A stretch of DNA of 64,000 nucleotides from Candidatus Bathyarchaeota archaeon (GTDB lineage Archaea > Thermoproteota > Bathyarchaeia > Bathyarchaeales > Bathycorpusculaceae). The notes below the pieces were generated by a model, which was not told the DNA's origin, did not search any database, and saw only the letters and a program-made list of their open reading frames with translations. The number at the start of each line of letters is the position of its first letter. The first letter of the stretch is position 1. The stretch covers positions 320,001 to 384,000 of the forward strand of contig CAVYES010000004.1 of NCBI GenBank assembly GCA_963767735.1, given 5' to 3'. Shown here piece by piece: positions 50,283 to 61,121 of this stretch. The translations under genes and the position numbers were made by a program.

Positions 50283-51185
50283 ATGGGCACGCTTGAATGC
50301 AAAGGGTTAACAAAGGTTTACGAAGACCACCGCAAAGCTCTCGAAAACGTCTCCTTTTCAGTGGATACTAAAGGTATTTTTGCTTTAATCGGCAGAAACG
50401 GCGCTGGAAAAACCACGCTTATCAGAATCCTTGCCACGGAGCTTCAACCTACCGCTGGAAGCGCAAGCATTAACGGTTTGGATGTTGTTGCGCAGGATAG
50501 TAAGTTAAGGGAGAAAATTGCAATTGTTCCACAGGAAGCCAGAGCTGTAAGGTGGATGACAGCCAAACAAACTGTTTTTTCATATCTTCTTTGGCGAGGC
50601 TGGAGCTACAAGCACGCAAAGAGGCTTGCTGATGAATCGCTTGCAAAGCTCGGCTTAGAACAATACGCTAATGTATTAACCAACAAGCTCTCAGGCGGCA
50701 CAAAAAGAAAGGTTCTCCTCGCAACTGTAACCGCCTCCGAAGCAGATGTTATTTTTCTTGATGAACCGACCACAGGCTTGGACCCGATTTCAAGGCGGGA
50801 ATTATGGGAAATTCTCAGAGCTCTGGGTAAAGAACGGTTTATTTTTCTTACAACTCACTATCTTGAAGAGGCAGAGCAACTTGCGGATAAAATCGGTATT
50901 CTTAAAGACGGAAAACTGGTCTCATTCGGCACACTTCCTGAGCTGAGAAAAACCGTTAGATACCAGTACAGTATCAAACTGCCTCCTAAAGCGCAAGTTC
51001 CACAGTTGAAGGATGCTGAGGTAACCACAGACCAAAGCGGCGTCACACAGATAATGACCAATGAAGACGAAGCCTTCAGCTTAGCCAAAGCATTCGCTGA
51101 GCAAGCAGTAAAATTCTCTATTGCTCCAGTCACCTTGGACGACATTTTCTTCTACCTTGTCGGGCAAAAAGCGAGGGATGAATAA
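50283..51185 (+). CDS. ABC transporter ATP-binding protein
   Basis: GRNGAGKTT, LSGG, DEPT, TTH. Confidence 0.95.
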   Translation: MGTLECKGLTKVYEDHRKALENVSFSVDTKGIFALIGRNGAGKTTLIRILATELQPTAGSASINGLDVVAQDSKLREKIAIVPQEARAVRWMTAKQTVFSYLLWRGWSYKHAKRLADESLAKLGLEQYANVLTNKLSGGTKRKVLLATVTASEADVIFLDEPTTGLDPISRRELWEILRALGKERFIFLTTHYLEEAEQLADKIGILKDGKLVSFGTLPELRKTVRYQYSIKLPPKAQVPQLKDAEVTTDQSGVTQIMTNEDEAFSLAKAFAEQAVKFSIAPVTLDDIFFYLVGQKARDE

Positions 51186-51244
51186 CGAAGCGCAGCAAAC
51201 TCAGCCAACTTCTAGCAGGAATTCTGGTAAATGCCATTTATGAA

Positions 51245-51928
51245 ATGGTAAACTACCCTATCGTTTTAATAAGCGCCGTCATCGCACCGTTCTCTATTCT
51301 GATTGTAATCACCTTCATATCACATGGCAGTCTTTTCGGAACAGCCATTGAAGGCGGATTGATAATGACTTTCTTCTCCAGCGGAATTTCACTCCAATCT
51401 GACCTTTCTCACTTAAAAAACGACTTCAAACTTCAAGACATGATTGTGAGCTCGCCGACAAGTTCAACCTTATACATGGGCGGAATGACTCTTGCCGAAA
51501 TAGTTTACTCAATTCCCTCTTTAGTTATCCTTATTGCGCTCGCCGGATTCTATCTGCAGCATTCGCTTCTTCAAATAGGAATCTTATCCATTGCGCTATT
51601 GCTGATATTTGCTGTCTCAGTAGCTTCAGGGTTCATGCTATCCACTTTCTCAAATGATGTAGTTCAGAGCTATGCGTTCTCCAGACTTATTTCACTATTG
51701 TTTACCACGTTGCCGCCCGTATATTACCCGATAACCTATGTTCCAGTGGATTACAGGTACATCGCGTATCTTTCGCCGACAACATACGTGGCGGAAATTA
51801 TGCAGTCGGCAACAGGCTACCTCAAAATCTCTACTAACAATCTAATTTTTGATTGGGCGGTACTGGCAGCAGTCTGCGCCATTGTCCTATTCATTGCTGT
51901 AAAGAAGACCCGATGGAAAGATGTTTAG
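51245..51928 (+). CDS. ABC-2 permease (true N-terminus probably ~51178-51182)
   Basis: 6 TM, PPVYYP, SPTTY; frame open back to 51182. Confidence 0.85.
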   Translation: MVNYPIVLISAVIAPFSILIVITFISHGSLFGTAIEGGLIMTFFSSGISLQSDLSHLKNDFKLQDMIVSSPTSSTLYMGGMTLAEIVYSIPSLVILIALAGFYLQHSLLQIGILSIALLLIFAVSVASGFMLSTFSNDVVQSYAFSRLISLLFTTLPPVYYPITYVPVDYRYIAYLSPTTYVAEIMQSATGYLKISTNNLIFDWAVLAAVCAIVLFIAVKKTRWKDV

Positions 51929-51939
51929 GAGCTTAAAAC

Positions 51940-52728
51940 ATGAGTGGATCAGGGGAAATGAAAGTTTCCCAAATATGGAATTTATCTGAAATAGACTTTG
52001 TCTTTCCAAATGGCTTCTCGTTTTTTGAGCCTTATCTTCACTATTTCATTAAAGAAATTCTGGAAATTGGAGGTGAGGTGTATGTATCCAGAACTTCCAA
52101 GGAAGCTGTTTCGGGCATATTTATGTACGACAGCGCTGAGAAGCTCGGAACAATTTACACGCGATCAAGAGAGGTATTTGACTACTTTTATGGCTTAAAT
52201 CCGTTTAATTTCCTCTTCTCTGAATTGAGAACTGAGCTTGAAAACGAAATCTATGATATTTACACTGTAGAGCTTGAGAATCTTGCCCTTGCTCATAGAT
52301 TCAGCTACGAAATTTCCATCGCGGAGAAGGAACACATAGGTGAGATAGAACAATTCATGGCTGCAACCCATCCGGGGATAAACAAGAGGTGGGTAAGTGT
52401 TGCGCTCAATAACGGAGATAGATGCTTTACTGTTAGGCTAAGCAACGAAATCGCTGGGTTAGGCTGGGTTTCACTTGTGAAGGGAATTGGCAGACTGCAC
52501 ACTCTTTACGTTAAGCCTCAATTTAGGAGAATAGGCATAGGTGAAGATATTTTGAATGCGCGACTTCTCTGGCTTAAGTCAAAGCATGCCCACTCAGCAT
52601 TCTGCGAAATTTCCCGTTATAACGTAGCTTCTTCAGGAAATGTCCTGAAAACGCACATGAGGGTATCTGGACAGGTTTTTCAGTATTTTAAGAAGAACTT
52701 GGATAGAAAGAAGGAACTAAAAAGTTAG
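51940..52728 (+). CDS. GNAT family acetyltransferase
   Basis: LYVKPQFRRIGIG acetyl-CoA motif A. Confidence 0.85.
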   Translation: MSGSGEMKVSQIWNLSEIDFVFPNGFSFFEPYLHYFIKEILEIGGEVYVSRTSKEAVSGIFMYDSAEKLGTIYTRSREVFDYFYGLNPFNFLFSELRTELENEIYDIYTVELENLALAHRFSYEISIAEKEHIGEIEQFMAATHPGINKRWVSVALNNGDRCFTVRLSNEIAGLGWVSLVKGIGRLHTLYVKPQFRRIGIGEDILNARLLWLKSKHAHSAFCEISRYNVASSGNVLKTHMRVSGQVFQYFKKNLDRKKELKS

Positions 52729-52737
52729 TACCTGCAT

Positions 52738-53772
52738 CTATGTCCTTGGAGCTCCGCATATAGGACAGGTCTCAGCTGTGGAGTCTATTAGTGCTCCGCA
52801 GTAGCGGCATTTTACCTTCACAACCTCTTTAATCACGATCTGTTGAACTGGAGGTTGCTTTGGAGTCAAATCAATAGGCTCTGGCGGCGGACCTTGCATG
52901 GGTGGTTGTTGCTGGTTGGATTGTTGTTGGACGGGATGTTTGGGGAGTGTTTTTCTGCTTCTTCTTAAGAGCGCGTAAATGATAATTGCAACGATCACTA
53001 TCAGTAAAAATATTCCAATAATGTAACCAACATATTGTGTTGAGTTTCCTCCGCCTGAATTGCTTGTCGTCGCAGCCGTTAGTGGGTAGCTATTTGAATT
53101 CACATACAAGGTGTCTGTGTAGGTGAACCCAGTTCCAGACGAGTTGGTATCGTGTTCAACGTAGCTGTACCCTATGATGTATCCTGTTGATGGATCAAAG
53201 TAAGCACTCCAAGTATATGCTGCATTGAACTGGCCGTATTCATCGTTTCGCTGATAGCTTGAGGTTCCTTGAGCAAAAATTGCGTTTACGTTCCTGCTCT
53301 CCGAGGGAAGGTAGTAGCTATAATTTTTAGAAAGGACTGTCATCTCGGTGTTTAGAAGCGAAAAGGTATTGCCCTTCGGAATTGAGGTATCCATGTAGAA
53401 CCAGACTGTTGGGTTAACGTATCCTGTTTGGTCGTCAGTTCCGTTGACATAAAGGAAGTTGACTGATGAGAACGTGTAGTTTCCTGACATGCTTCCAGTT
53501 TCTGTCGCGCCAGTGCTGTTGCTCCACGTGTAGGTGTAACTGTAGTAAGCAGATACAATCCCATCTGCACTAACTCCATTCATCGTTTCCTGTCCGTTAA
53601 TGACCGTCTGTTCAGTATATCCTGCATAGTTACCGGTGCCGCTTTCAAGATTCTCAACTTCGTGGTAGCTGAAATAATCTCCCTGATGGGGCACGTAGCC
53701 TGCGACAGCGGGCGCCAGAAAGAGAACCGCGCTGAGTGAAAGTACGACAACAAGAAACGACTTTGAGGTCAG
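52738..53772 (-). CDS. Surface protein with TM and cytoplasmic Gln/Pro linker + zinc ribbon
   Basis: Signal peptide in frame back to CTG 53772; Tyr/Ser/Thr-rich ectodomain; TM; CRYCG...CPICG. Confidence 0.8.
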   Translation of the reverse strand: MTSKSFLVVVLSLSAVLFLAPAVAGYVPHQGDYFSYHEVENLESGTGNYAGYTEQTVINGQETMNGVSADGIVSAYYSYTYTWSNSTGATETGSMSGNYTFSSVNFLYVNGTDDQTGYVNPTVWFYMDTSIPKGNTFSLLNTEMTVLSKNYSYYLPSESRNVNAIFAQGTSSYQRNDEYGQFNAAYTWSAYFDPSTGYIIGYSYVEHDTNSSGTGFTYTDTLYVNSNSYPLTAATTSNSGGGNSTQYVGYIIGIFLLIVIVAIIIYALLRRSRKTLPKHPVQQQSNQQQPPMQGPPPEPIDLTPKQPPVQQIVIKEVVKVKCRYCGALIDSTAETCPICGAPRT

Positions 53773-55325
53773 CCCATGAAACCCCCGACGCCATGCACAT
53801 GGGCAGGGTGGGCGCCCCCAATCCCGCTGAATGTGGAATAGTAAGATGAATGTGCGACGATCAGGGGCGCATAGTATATGAAGAAAAGGTTTGATGGAAC
53901 ATATGTGAACTGCACTGGCGTCGGCGTAATTTTTGCGGTCGGGTCAATTTCCTTTACAAGCCCATTTTTGATTCCGTGAATCATCCTCACTGAGAGGCTT
54001 ATCAATTCAGAACGCTCCAAACCAGCTGCGAAAGACCCAAGCAAAGAATAAGCCTTTTCCATCAAATCAAGAGTCTCATTAGCTTCAAGGGTGGCTATTG
54101 AAGTAAGTATTGCGGCAGCCACAAGGGGATATTCCAGATAATTTTTAAGTCCATCTATAATTATTGTCATCTTCGTCTTCACATCATCTGGCCCCAAATC
54201 TGAAATTGATAAATAGGCAGAAGCAAGTTCGGTATCCTCTGATATCTGGTATCCCCAAGAATTGAACAATGATCTAAACGCTTGGAATTTATCAGACAGT
54301 TGGTAAATTGGGACATTCATTACAGAAAGTATTGCCGCAGATTCATATGAAGAGGTCATTTTGGAAAAATCCATAAATCTGTCAGTGGGAAATGTGCCGT
54401 CAAATCTCTTTCCAAACAAAATAATTGCAGCAACGCCGACCGATAGTTGCTTAGGAACCTTAGCGTCACGCCTGAGCTGGCGATCAAGACTTACCAAGGA
54501 GTCACACAGATTTTGAAGATCAGAATTATTTTGTGATTGAGAGGGATCTGCCTTTGTGGGGGTCATTATTTCCGCTGCCATCATTTTATTTTCAATGGTG
54601 GAGTTGAAATTTTTGAGAAGGCCAAGTGCAAGAAGATACCTTTGACTGATTTGATTCTCGTCGCCTTGAAGCTTCGCCAGTCCAATAGACACGCTCCAGA
54701 GTTGAGATAGATCATAATCCGGAAATTCAGTTCTAAAGCGAGACACATAAAAGCTGCCCCTTGATGCTATGGATAGCAATTCATTGGAGGTTTCCTTGCT
54801 TTCTTGAATGTAGTCCGAGAATTCGTTATTGGAGACCCGGTAATTTCTGACATTGAGGTCGTTTAGCGTGATTACTCCGAGACCGGAAAGTGCCAGATAT
54901 TTGCCGTCACAGGGCACCATTCTGTCAATAATGGATTTCTTTTGAATAAGCTCGTTTATAGCGGAGTTTTTTTCAGCGATGTCGGCTTCTTCTTTGGAAA
55001 CGACATTTCTTTCGTTTTCTTCAGTTTCAAGTTCTGCTTGCTTTTTCTCTTTCGCCTCAAAATGAAACGTGATTGAGTGGGTTTTCTTTTCTTCTTCTTT
55101 AAGAGTGGCGTCTGCGGTTCTTTCTGCGTTCGTCTCATTTTGCAAATCTATGTTCATCTTTGTTAAATTTGAAACTTCGGCTGAAGCCTGATCGTAATCT
55201 TCTTTCTGCATCATCGAAAGGTAGCCTGCATTGTGAAGAAAATCCAAATCAGCTTGTTGAATTTGCGTTGAAATCGACTTTCCAGCTATTTGAGATAGAA
55301 AGTTTCTTACATCATTGCATTTCAT
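53769..55325 (-). CDS. Coiled-coil + helical-repeat (DUF4003-like) protein with Gly/His-rich tail
   Basis: Charged coiled coil aa ~45-145; repeated xAAIL/ASAYL helices; tail FSGIGGAHPAHVHGVGGFMG. Confidence 0.65.
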   Translation of the reverse strand: MKCNDVRNFLSQIAGKSISTQIQQADLDFLHNAGYLSMMQKEDYDQASAEVSNLTKMNIDLQNETNAERTADATLKEEEKKTHSITFHFEAKEKKQAELETEENERNVVSKEEADIAEKNSAINELIQKKSIIDRMVPCDGKYLALSGLGVITLNDLNVRNYRVSNNEFSDYIQESKETSNELLSIASRGSFYVSRFRTEFPDYDLSQLWSVSIGLAKLQGDENQISQRYLLALGLLKNFNSTIENKMMAAEIMTPTKADPSQSQNNSDLQNLCDSLVSLDRQLRRDAKVPKQLSVGVAAIILFGKRFDGTFPTDRFMDFSKMTSSYESAAILSVMNVPIYQLSDKFQAFRSLFNSWGYQISEDTELASAYLSISDLGPDDVKTKMTIIIDGLKNYLEYPLVAAAILTSIATLEANETLDLMEKAYSLLGSFAAGLERSELISLSVRMIHGIKNGLVKEIDPTAKITPTPVQFTYVPSNLFFIYYAPLIVAHSSYYSTFSGIGGAHPAHVHGVGGFMG

Positions 55326-56506
55326 TTTGCTCCCCCGTCAATAATTGGGAATTTCTCAATTAAACGTTCCTCTCCCAGAATATTACCCACGACCAGTTCA
55401 AGACTTTGTCCCTCACGTGCAAGGTCAACAACTTCATCATTCTTTAGAGCCTCTCTAAGAAGATATTCGAACTGCCCTTGTCTGTCTGCCATCTCACCGA
55501 ACCTTTTGGATCGTTCTCGTTCTATCTGTTCATAAGCGTACATGAATTCGTAGAGGGATCTGTATATCTGGTCGTTTATCTTTTCTTGGATATTATTTTC
55601 TCCGACAGTTATCCATTCTAAGCCTTCAAGGTCTACGAAGTAGATGGTGCCGTCGGGAGCGAGGACCGCATCTTTGTCAAGCCAGACATCATAAAAATCC
55701 AATCCACTGTAAGTTCCGTTACCGTTGTTTTTTATTGATCTGGTGAACAACGTTAGGAAGGCGATTCCACTTTTAACGAAGTTTTTCAGAAATTCTAATG
55801 CTTTGTCATTGGTGTCTATTCCAAAGATGTCAAAGATTGAACTTATTTTTCCTCCAACTGTGCTTCCAGAGTGAAAATAAATCCTCACATTGGACGGAAC
55901 TAGCCTTGTTTCCTGAACCATTCTGCCCCTGAATCTGCGATACCAATATAATTTTTTGATTTCATTCTCAAGGCTTTCAGGAAGGAAAACTATTTTCACA
56001 AGGGGCGCGACTCGAAATCCGTGAATGGAGGTAAGGTCGGCCATTTCCGACACTCTTAATGATGTGGTTGCGTGCTGGAGCCCTTGACCCCCATATGGGG
56101 AGCCTCTTAGCCATAATTCGCCTGTAAGGTAACGTGGAGCGATTTCCCCTGAATTCACGATTCTTTCTTTCAATGTGGAATCTTTCAGTAGGCTGCATAT
56201 TTCAGTTTTCCCGAAAAGCTGATGAGAAAATGGACTGGTAGTCGAGCCTACGCCTTTAATTGAAAGGTAAAAATCAGTGCCGTCCATTTTCAAAGAAGGC
56301 AGAGCGGAAACTGCTCCTCTGTTGTCGTCTACAATAAACTCTTTCGTATCCACGGGACTGATATCCATGAACGGTTTCATGCTCTCCGGAAGGTGAATTC
56401 TTTCAAATACAGGCATTTTGAATTCTTGAAAATGCTTGCTTGTCAGAACTTCAGAAGCTTCATAGGTATTTAGATTAAGCGGCAAACCTTTCAATTTCAT
56501 TTTCAT
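55322..56506 (-). CDS. Divergent SelO/YdiU-like kinase-fold protein
   Basis: Ordered motifs DDNRGA, LSIKGVGST, SEM, TRLVPSNVR, DKD...FVDLEG parallel SelO GDGRA, LKGxGxT, SEA, RxAPSxxR, NxDN...IDYG (by eye). Confidence 0.55.
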   Translation of the reverse strand: MKMKLKGLPLNLNTYEASEVLTSKHFQEFKMPVFERIHLPESMKPFMDISPVDTKEFIVDDNRGAVSALPSLKMDGTDFYLSIKGVGSTTSPFSHQLFGKTEICSLLKDSTLKERIVNSGEIAPRYLTGELWLRGSPYGGQGLQHATTSLRVSEMADLTSIHGFRVAPLVKIVFLPESLENEIKKLYWYRRFRGRMVQETRLVPSNVRIYFHSGSTVGGKISSIFDIFGIDTNDKALEFLKNFVKSGIAFLTLFTRSIKNNGNGTYSGLDFYDVWLDKDAVLAPDGTIYFVDLEGLEWITVGENNIQEKINDQIYRSLYEFMYAYEQIERERSKRFGEMADRQGQFEYLLREALKNDEVVDLAREGQSLELVVGNILGEERLIEKFPIIDGGAK

Positions 56507-56814
56507 GAGAGTTCTACACTTCGTAAGGAGGGTTCAACTCTTAAATCTAATGCAGCCTTTAGAAAAATCTGCAAATAAACAGACTTCCACAAAACCAACC
56601 CGACAAACCCAAAAGCCGCAACTTAAAAATTCAGCAAACCAACCCAAAAAAATAGGCTTAGTATTTTTTCTTCCACGTTGTATTCGGCTAGTCAACACAA
56701 AATAATTATTGTTTTCCAGAAAATCCTTAGAGAATCCGATAGGTCAAATGGATATGTTTTTCACTACACACATATCGTTAATTCTAATTTCTGATTAATT
56801 GTAAGATGATAAGT

Positions 56815-57108
56815 ATGAGGCGTTCAAAACTAGAAATGTACGTTGACATCCTCAGCGTTCTGGCCCAAAGAGGACCACTAAAACTAACACACGTTATGTA
56901 TAAAGCAAATGTTAACTGCTGTGTCCTAAAAGAGTACCTTGACTTCCTCAAGAAACAGGGCTTAGTGGAAGAACGCACCATGAGAAAACAACGCGTAGTT
57001 TACGCCGTTACACAGCGCGGAATAACCGTTCTCAAATACTTTAAAGAACTAAAACAGGTACTGCCCATAGTAGAGGAATCACGAAACCAAACACCAATCC
57101 CCTACTAA
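56815..57108 (+). CDS. Archaeal winged-helix regulator (RRSKLE type)
   Basis: MRRSKLEMYVDIL...THVMYKANVN...YAVTQRG. Confidence 0.88.
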   Translation: MRRSKLEMYVDILSVLAQRGPLKLTHVMYKANVNCCVLKEYLDFLKKQGLVEERTMRKQRVVYAVTQRGITVLKYFKELKQVLPIVEESRNQTPIPY

Positions 57109-57401
57109 ACCGCACTAAACCACAGTTTCTTATTTCTTAACGCATGTACATCAAACAGAAAATCTATTTTTAGCCTGCTCTTATCAACCAGTTTATCCAA
57201 TTCTCGCTTCAGAATAGCTGATTTAAGAAAAAAAAACTATAATTCAGCGCAAAAAAAGCGTTTCAATTTAATAGATAACATGGAAATAAACTAAGCGCTC
57301 GCTACACAAAAGATTAGAGAAAGTTTAACATATTATTAATTGAGAATGACAAAAAAACTGCGTTAACATTAACTTTCATATTTGTACTCCTAGTATCCAC
57401 G

Positions 57402-59771
57402 ATGGTTGGAGTTACTACCTTGCATTTTGGAAAGGCTCAAAGTGGCACAAACGTTAATGGCATAATCACTTCAGACACTACATGGACTCAAGCAAATAGT
57501 CCGTACACGTTAACAGGAAATGTTCTAGTAAATGAGAGCGCTTCCCTAACCGTTGAACCCGGGGCAACAGTCGATTTTAATGGATTCTATATTCAGTTAA
57601 ATGGCTCTTTAATTGCCCAAGGAACTCCTGGTAACCCAATAATATTTAACATTGCAAAAGGGGGGGATACAGGGAACTCAGCAATTGAATTTATGAGTAG
57701 CAGCCAAAGTTGGAATGAAACGACAAAAACTGGCAGCATAATTGAGAATGCAATAATTAATTCCACGTGGAGCAGCATATACCCAACCATACTCATCGAT
57801 GAGGTTTCACCCAAAATAGACAACACCAAAATTACCTGCACAAGTAACCTGTCTTCCAACATAGCAATCAATATTGAGGGATCAAATGCAGCCCCAACAA
57901 TTTCCAACAACTCCATAGTAGGAGAAGTTCAAGCCAGTGGCGGAACTGTTTGCAATAACACGATTACGGGGTCTCTATATGCTGGAATTTATCTTTTTGG
58001 AAACGCAACCGCTTACGGTAACACGATATCTGGATCGTACATCGGAATATATGCGTCTTCACCCAATCTCAATTATTACTCGTCTTCCAGTATACAAGGA
58101 AACTTAATTGTTAATGACACATACGGAATTGAATTGGAAATATACGGTTATGCTGATTCATATTCACGAACGTTAACCACGCAAAACAACACAATCACCA
58201 ATAACGAATATGGAATGCAAATAGAGGCGTATAGTTCATCAGCAATTTACTCAATTTCTAATAATAACATCTACGACAACATAAATTACAACTTCTTATT
58301 GACTGGAAGCATCACTTCAGACATAAATGCAACAAATAACTGGTGGGGAACAACAGACACATCAGCAATCAATCAAACGATTTATGATTTCAAAGATGAT
58401 TTTACTTTAGGCTCAGTTAGTTTCGTTCCCTTACTGAACGCGCCAAATCCTCAAGCTCCAACTTATATTGCTGTTTCCGCTGGCGCCGGCGGTTCAATTA
58501 GTCCGAGCGGAATTATTAGGGTTAACTATGGTGGCAGTCAAAGTTTCACTATAACGCCTGACGTCGGGTATGCCATAGCTGATGTTTTAATAAATGGGAC
58601 TTCTGTTGGTGCTGTTAGCTCTTACACTGCCCAGAACATCCAAGCTGCAACAACGATCTCAGCAACTTTTGCGCCTAATCCAACGCCTACTCCAAGTCCA
58701 ACTCCTTCTCCAACTCCAATATCAGTTTATCCATCGGTTAGATTAGATCCTTCTATCGGTTCAGTAGGAACGGGCGTGGTGGCTGAGTTATCTGGGTTCC
58801 CTGCATACGCTACAATAATTGTGACCTTTGGTACAATTAACGTCGGGACTTTAACGTCAGCCACTGGAAGTGGAAATGTCCAGTTTACTGTTCCGCAGGT
58901 ATCTAACGGCATGTATAACGTAACTGCCACTTGCTCGTCGGGAGGTGTTGCCACAGAAGCATTTTTCGTCGGTCAACAGCTGTTTCCAACTCCGACACCA
59001 GTTCCACATCCAAACGCTACGCCAGCTCCATCATCTACTCCAACGCCAAATCTGCCGTCCCCGAACTTATCTTTCTACTGCATAAGTTCAACAGCATCTT
59101 CTGGATTTAATGTTCAAATTCAGGGTTCATTGACGTATAATGGCGTGGGCTTATCTGATGCCGGAATACAGCTTTCTGACAGTGTCACAGGAGGACGCTC
59201 TTGGCAAGACTTAACTTACGTAAACACAGACAGTAACGGAAGTTTCACCTGTGTGTGGAACCCTTCTGTTTCAGGAAATTACGGGATTGAAGCTACGTGG
59301 CCAGGTGACAGTGACTATTCAAATGCAAGTGCGGTATACAACTTTGCAATAGCGCCCTTCAACAATCAAAATCAAAATGTTTTCTCTGTTACTTCAAATT
59401 CAACACTTACAAGCCTAACGTTTAACTCAGCAACAAATGAGTTAAGCTTCGGCGTCTCTGGACCTTCGGGAACTACAGGCTTAACAAAAGTTTGCATTCC
59501 ACAATCACTAATCCCGGATATTTCTAAAATCAATGTCACTTTAGACGGCAGTACAATTAATTATACTTCCTTTTCAGAGGAAAATGTGTGGATATTAACT
59601 TTTACTTATCACCACAGCAGCCATACTATTGCAATAGCACTTGGGTCAACAACGTCTACCGTTCCGGAGCTACCCTATTGCACACCAGTAATCATAACCA
59701 TTTTCCTATTCGCAACCTCAATAGCCTTAGTCTTTAAAAAATATAGGTCATCTTTTTCATACAGTCCTTAG
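57402..59771 (+). CDS. Beta-helix surface protein with Ig-like modules and PEF-like anchor; signal peptide start (ATG 57346) out of frame at an A7 tract
   Basis: WTQANSPY, Asn-ladder, NATNNWWG, PT linkers, C-terminal module shared with 6658-9258, TVPELP + TM. Confidence 0.85.
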   Translation: MVGVTTLHFGKAQSGTNVNGIITSDTTWTQANSPYTLTGNVLVNESASLTVEPGATVDFNGFYIQLNGSLIAQGTPGNPIIFNIAKGGDTGNSAIEFMSSSQSWNETTKTGSIIENAIINSTWSSIYPTILIDEVSPKIDNTKITCTSNLSSNIAINIEGSNAAPTISNNSIVGEVQASGGTVCNNTITGSLYAGIYLFGNATAYGNTISGSYIGIYASSPNLNYYSSSSIQGNLIVNDTYGIELEIYGYADSYSRTLTTQNNTITNNEYGMQIEAYSSSAIYSISNNNIYDNINYNFLLTGSITSDINATNNWWGTTDTSAINQTIYDFKDDFTLGSVSFVPLLNAPNPQAPTYIAVSAGAGGSISPSGIIRVNYGGSQSFTITPDVGYAIADVLINGTSVGAVSSYTAQNIQAATTISATFAPNPTPTPSPTPSPTPISVYPSVRLDPSIGSVGTGVVAELSGFPAYATIIVTFGTINVGTLTSATGSGNVQFTVPQVSNGMYNVTATCSSGGVATEAFFVGQQLFPTPTPVPHPNATPAPSSTPTPNLPSPNLSFYCISSTASSGFNVQIQGSLTYNGVGLSDAGIQLSDSVTGGRSWQDLTYVNTDSNGSFTCVWNPSVSGNYGIEATWPGDSDYSNASAVYNFAIAPFNNQNQNVFSVTSNSTLTSLTFNSATNELSFGVSGPSGTTGLTKVCIPQSLIPDISKINVTLDGSTINYTSFSEENVWILTFTYHHSSHTIAIALGSTTSTVPELPYCTPVIITIFLFATSIALVFKKYRSSFSYSP

Positions 59772-59804
59772 AAGGATTACGCCGAAGCGCTTAAGCGAGC
59801 GCTT

Positions 59805-60626
59805 TCAAAAGTAACTAAAGATTGCTGATGCCAGCAAATCGGCGCCTATTAGAATGAGAGTTATATTGGCGAAATAGCCGAAACCAAGACTAACACTAAG
59901 ACCGTCTGAAGAGTATATTTGAACCCTTGCAAAAAGAATAATCAAGGTTGAGAAAAGTCCAATCGCAATACCTATCATTATATTGAAAGCCCTTAGCGCT
60001 GTGTTAAATTTACCCGCAAAAGCACCAATGATGATTCCGCCCAATTGCATAACTTAATAACCCTACTCCCAAAAGAACATTTAACCATTCATTGCCCTGA
60101 AGCGACCATTTGAAAAAACAGAACAGTTATGGCTGCGGCTGCAATTATTACATTCGTCGCTAGGTTGGCCAATTTTGCATGTTATCGAAAAGTCGATAAA
60201 GAAAGCACTAGACAATCTATAAATTCCTATTATGAGGGTAACAATGCTGAATATTGAAAACGAATTAAAATCAATTTCAATTCCTGTCTCAATCCCAAAA
60301 AATTTTAGGGGGAATAGCAAGATAAAACTCAATATCAGGGCTAAAAGCCCAACCAACGCTCCTGTTGAGTTGAAAACAAAAGGCGTTTTCAATTTTTCTA
60401 TGGGCTTGTTTTTCGCAAGATAGTTAAGTCCCACCGAAACAGCTAGTATCCCAAAAATTAACATTGAAAGCCCAACAAAATAATCTGCTTCGTTTATCGG
60501 AGCAACTCCTGTTGCGTTAGGGACACCTACGGTTGGTTTAGTGAAAAGCCAAAGGTAAGTAGCTAATGCCAGAATGAAGATTCCGAGTGAAGTTAATGCA
60601 ACGCCAACTTTACTGATTTTGCTCAT
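59805..60626 (-). pseudogene. Polytopic membrane protein broken by at least two frameshifts
   Basis: Hydrophobic helices continue across frames between 60200 and 60050. Confidence 0.55.
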
Positions 60627-60710
60627 TTAAACTTCCATTTATTTCAATGGGTTTATTTAACTTGCGATTGCAACTTTTTTTAACATGTTTATCAAAAAAA
60701 CCGTTTAGGG

Positions 60711-60962
60711 CTAGTATTTTTTTCCTAAACCAAGTTTCTTTTGAATATCTGAAACCTCGTTGGCATTATCAGCCAAGATGTTTAGCCAAAGGTCAAATTC
60801 GGCTTTCGAGATTTCTTTTTGAATAACGCCTTTTTGGTCTCCGGAGAAAAATCTTGATGGTTCATAAGAAAACATTTTTACGTAAAAGATTCGGTCTGCA
60901 ATTACCAGTTTGGAGGAGCAGCCTGATTTTTCAGCCGCACTGTAGTCGATTTCGAAACTCAT
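60711..60962 (-). CDS. Small hypothetical protein
   Basis: 83-aa ORF with normal composition. Confidence 0.65.
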   Translation of the reverse strand: MSFEIDYSAAEKSGCSSKLVIADRIFYVKMFSYEPSRFFSGDQKGVIQKEISKAEFDLWLNILADNANEVSDIQKKLGLGKKY

Positions 60963-61121
60963 TACTTGCGCCCTTCTTTAGAAGCGTTGACTTATGTTTA
61001 CTTAAATTTTATCTTTTGAAGAGATGTTTTTTAGCTTCTGTGCATCCAACAGACTTGAAACAATAATCTATCTTGAATGTGAATAATTTTTTGCCTAAAC
61101 TTTTTCTTTTGCGAAATAATT

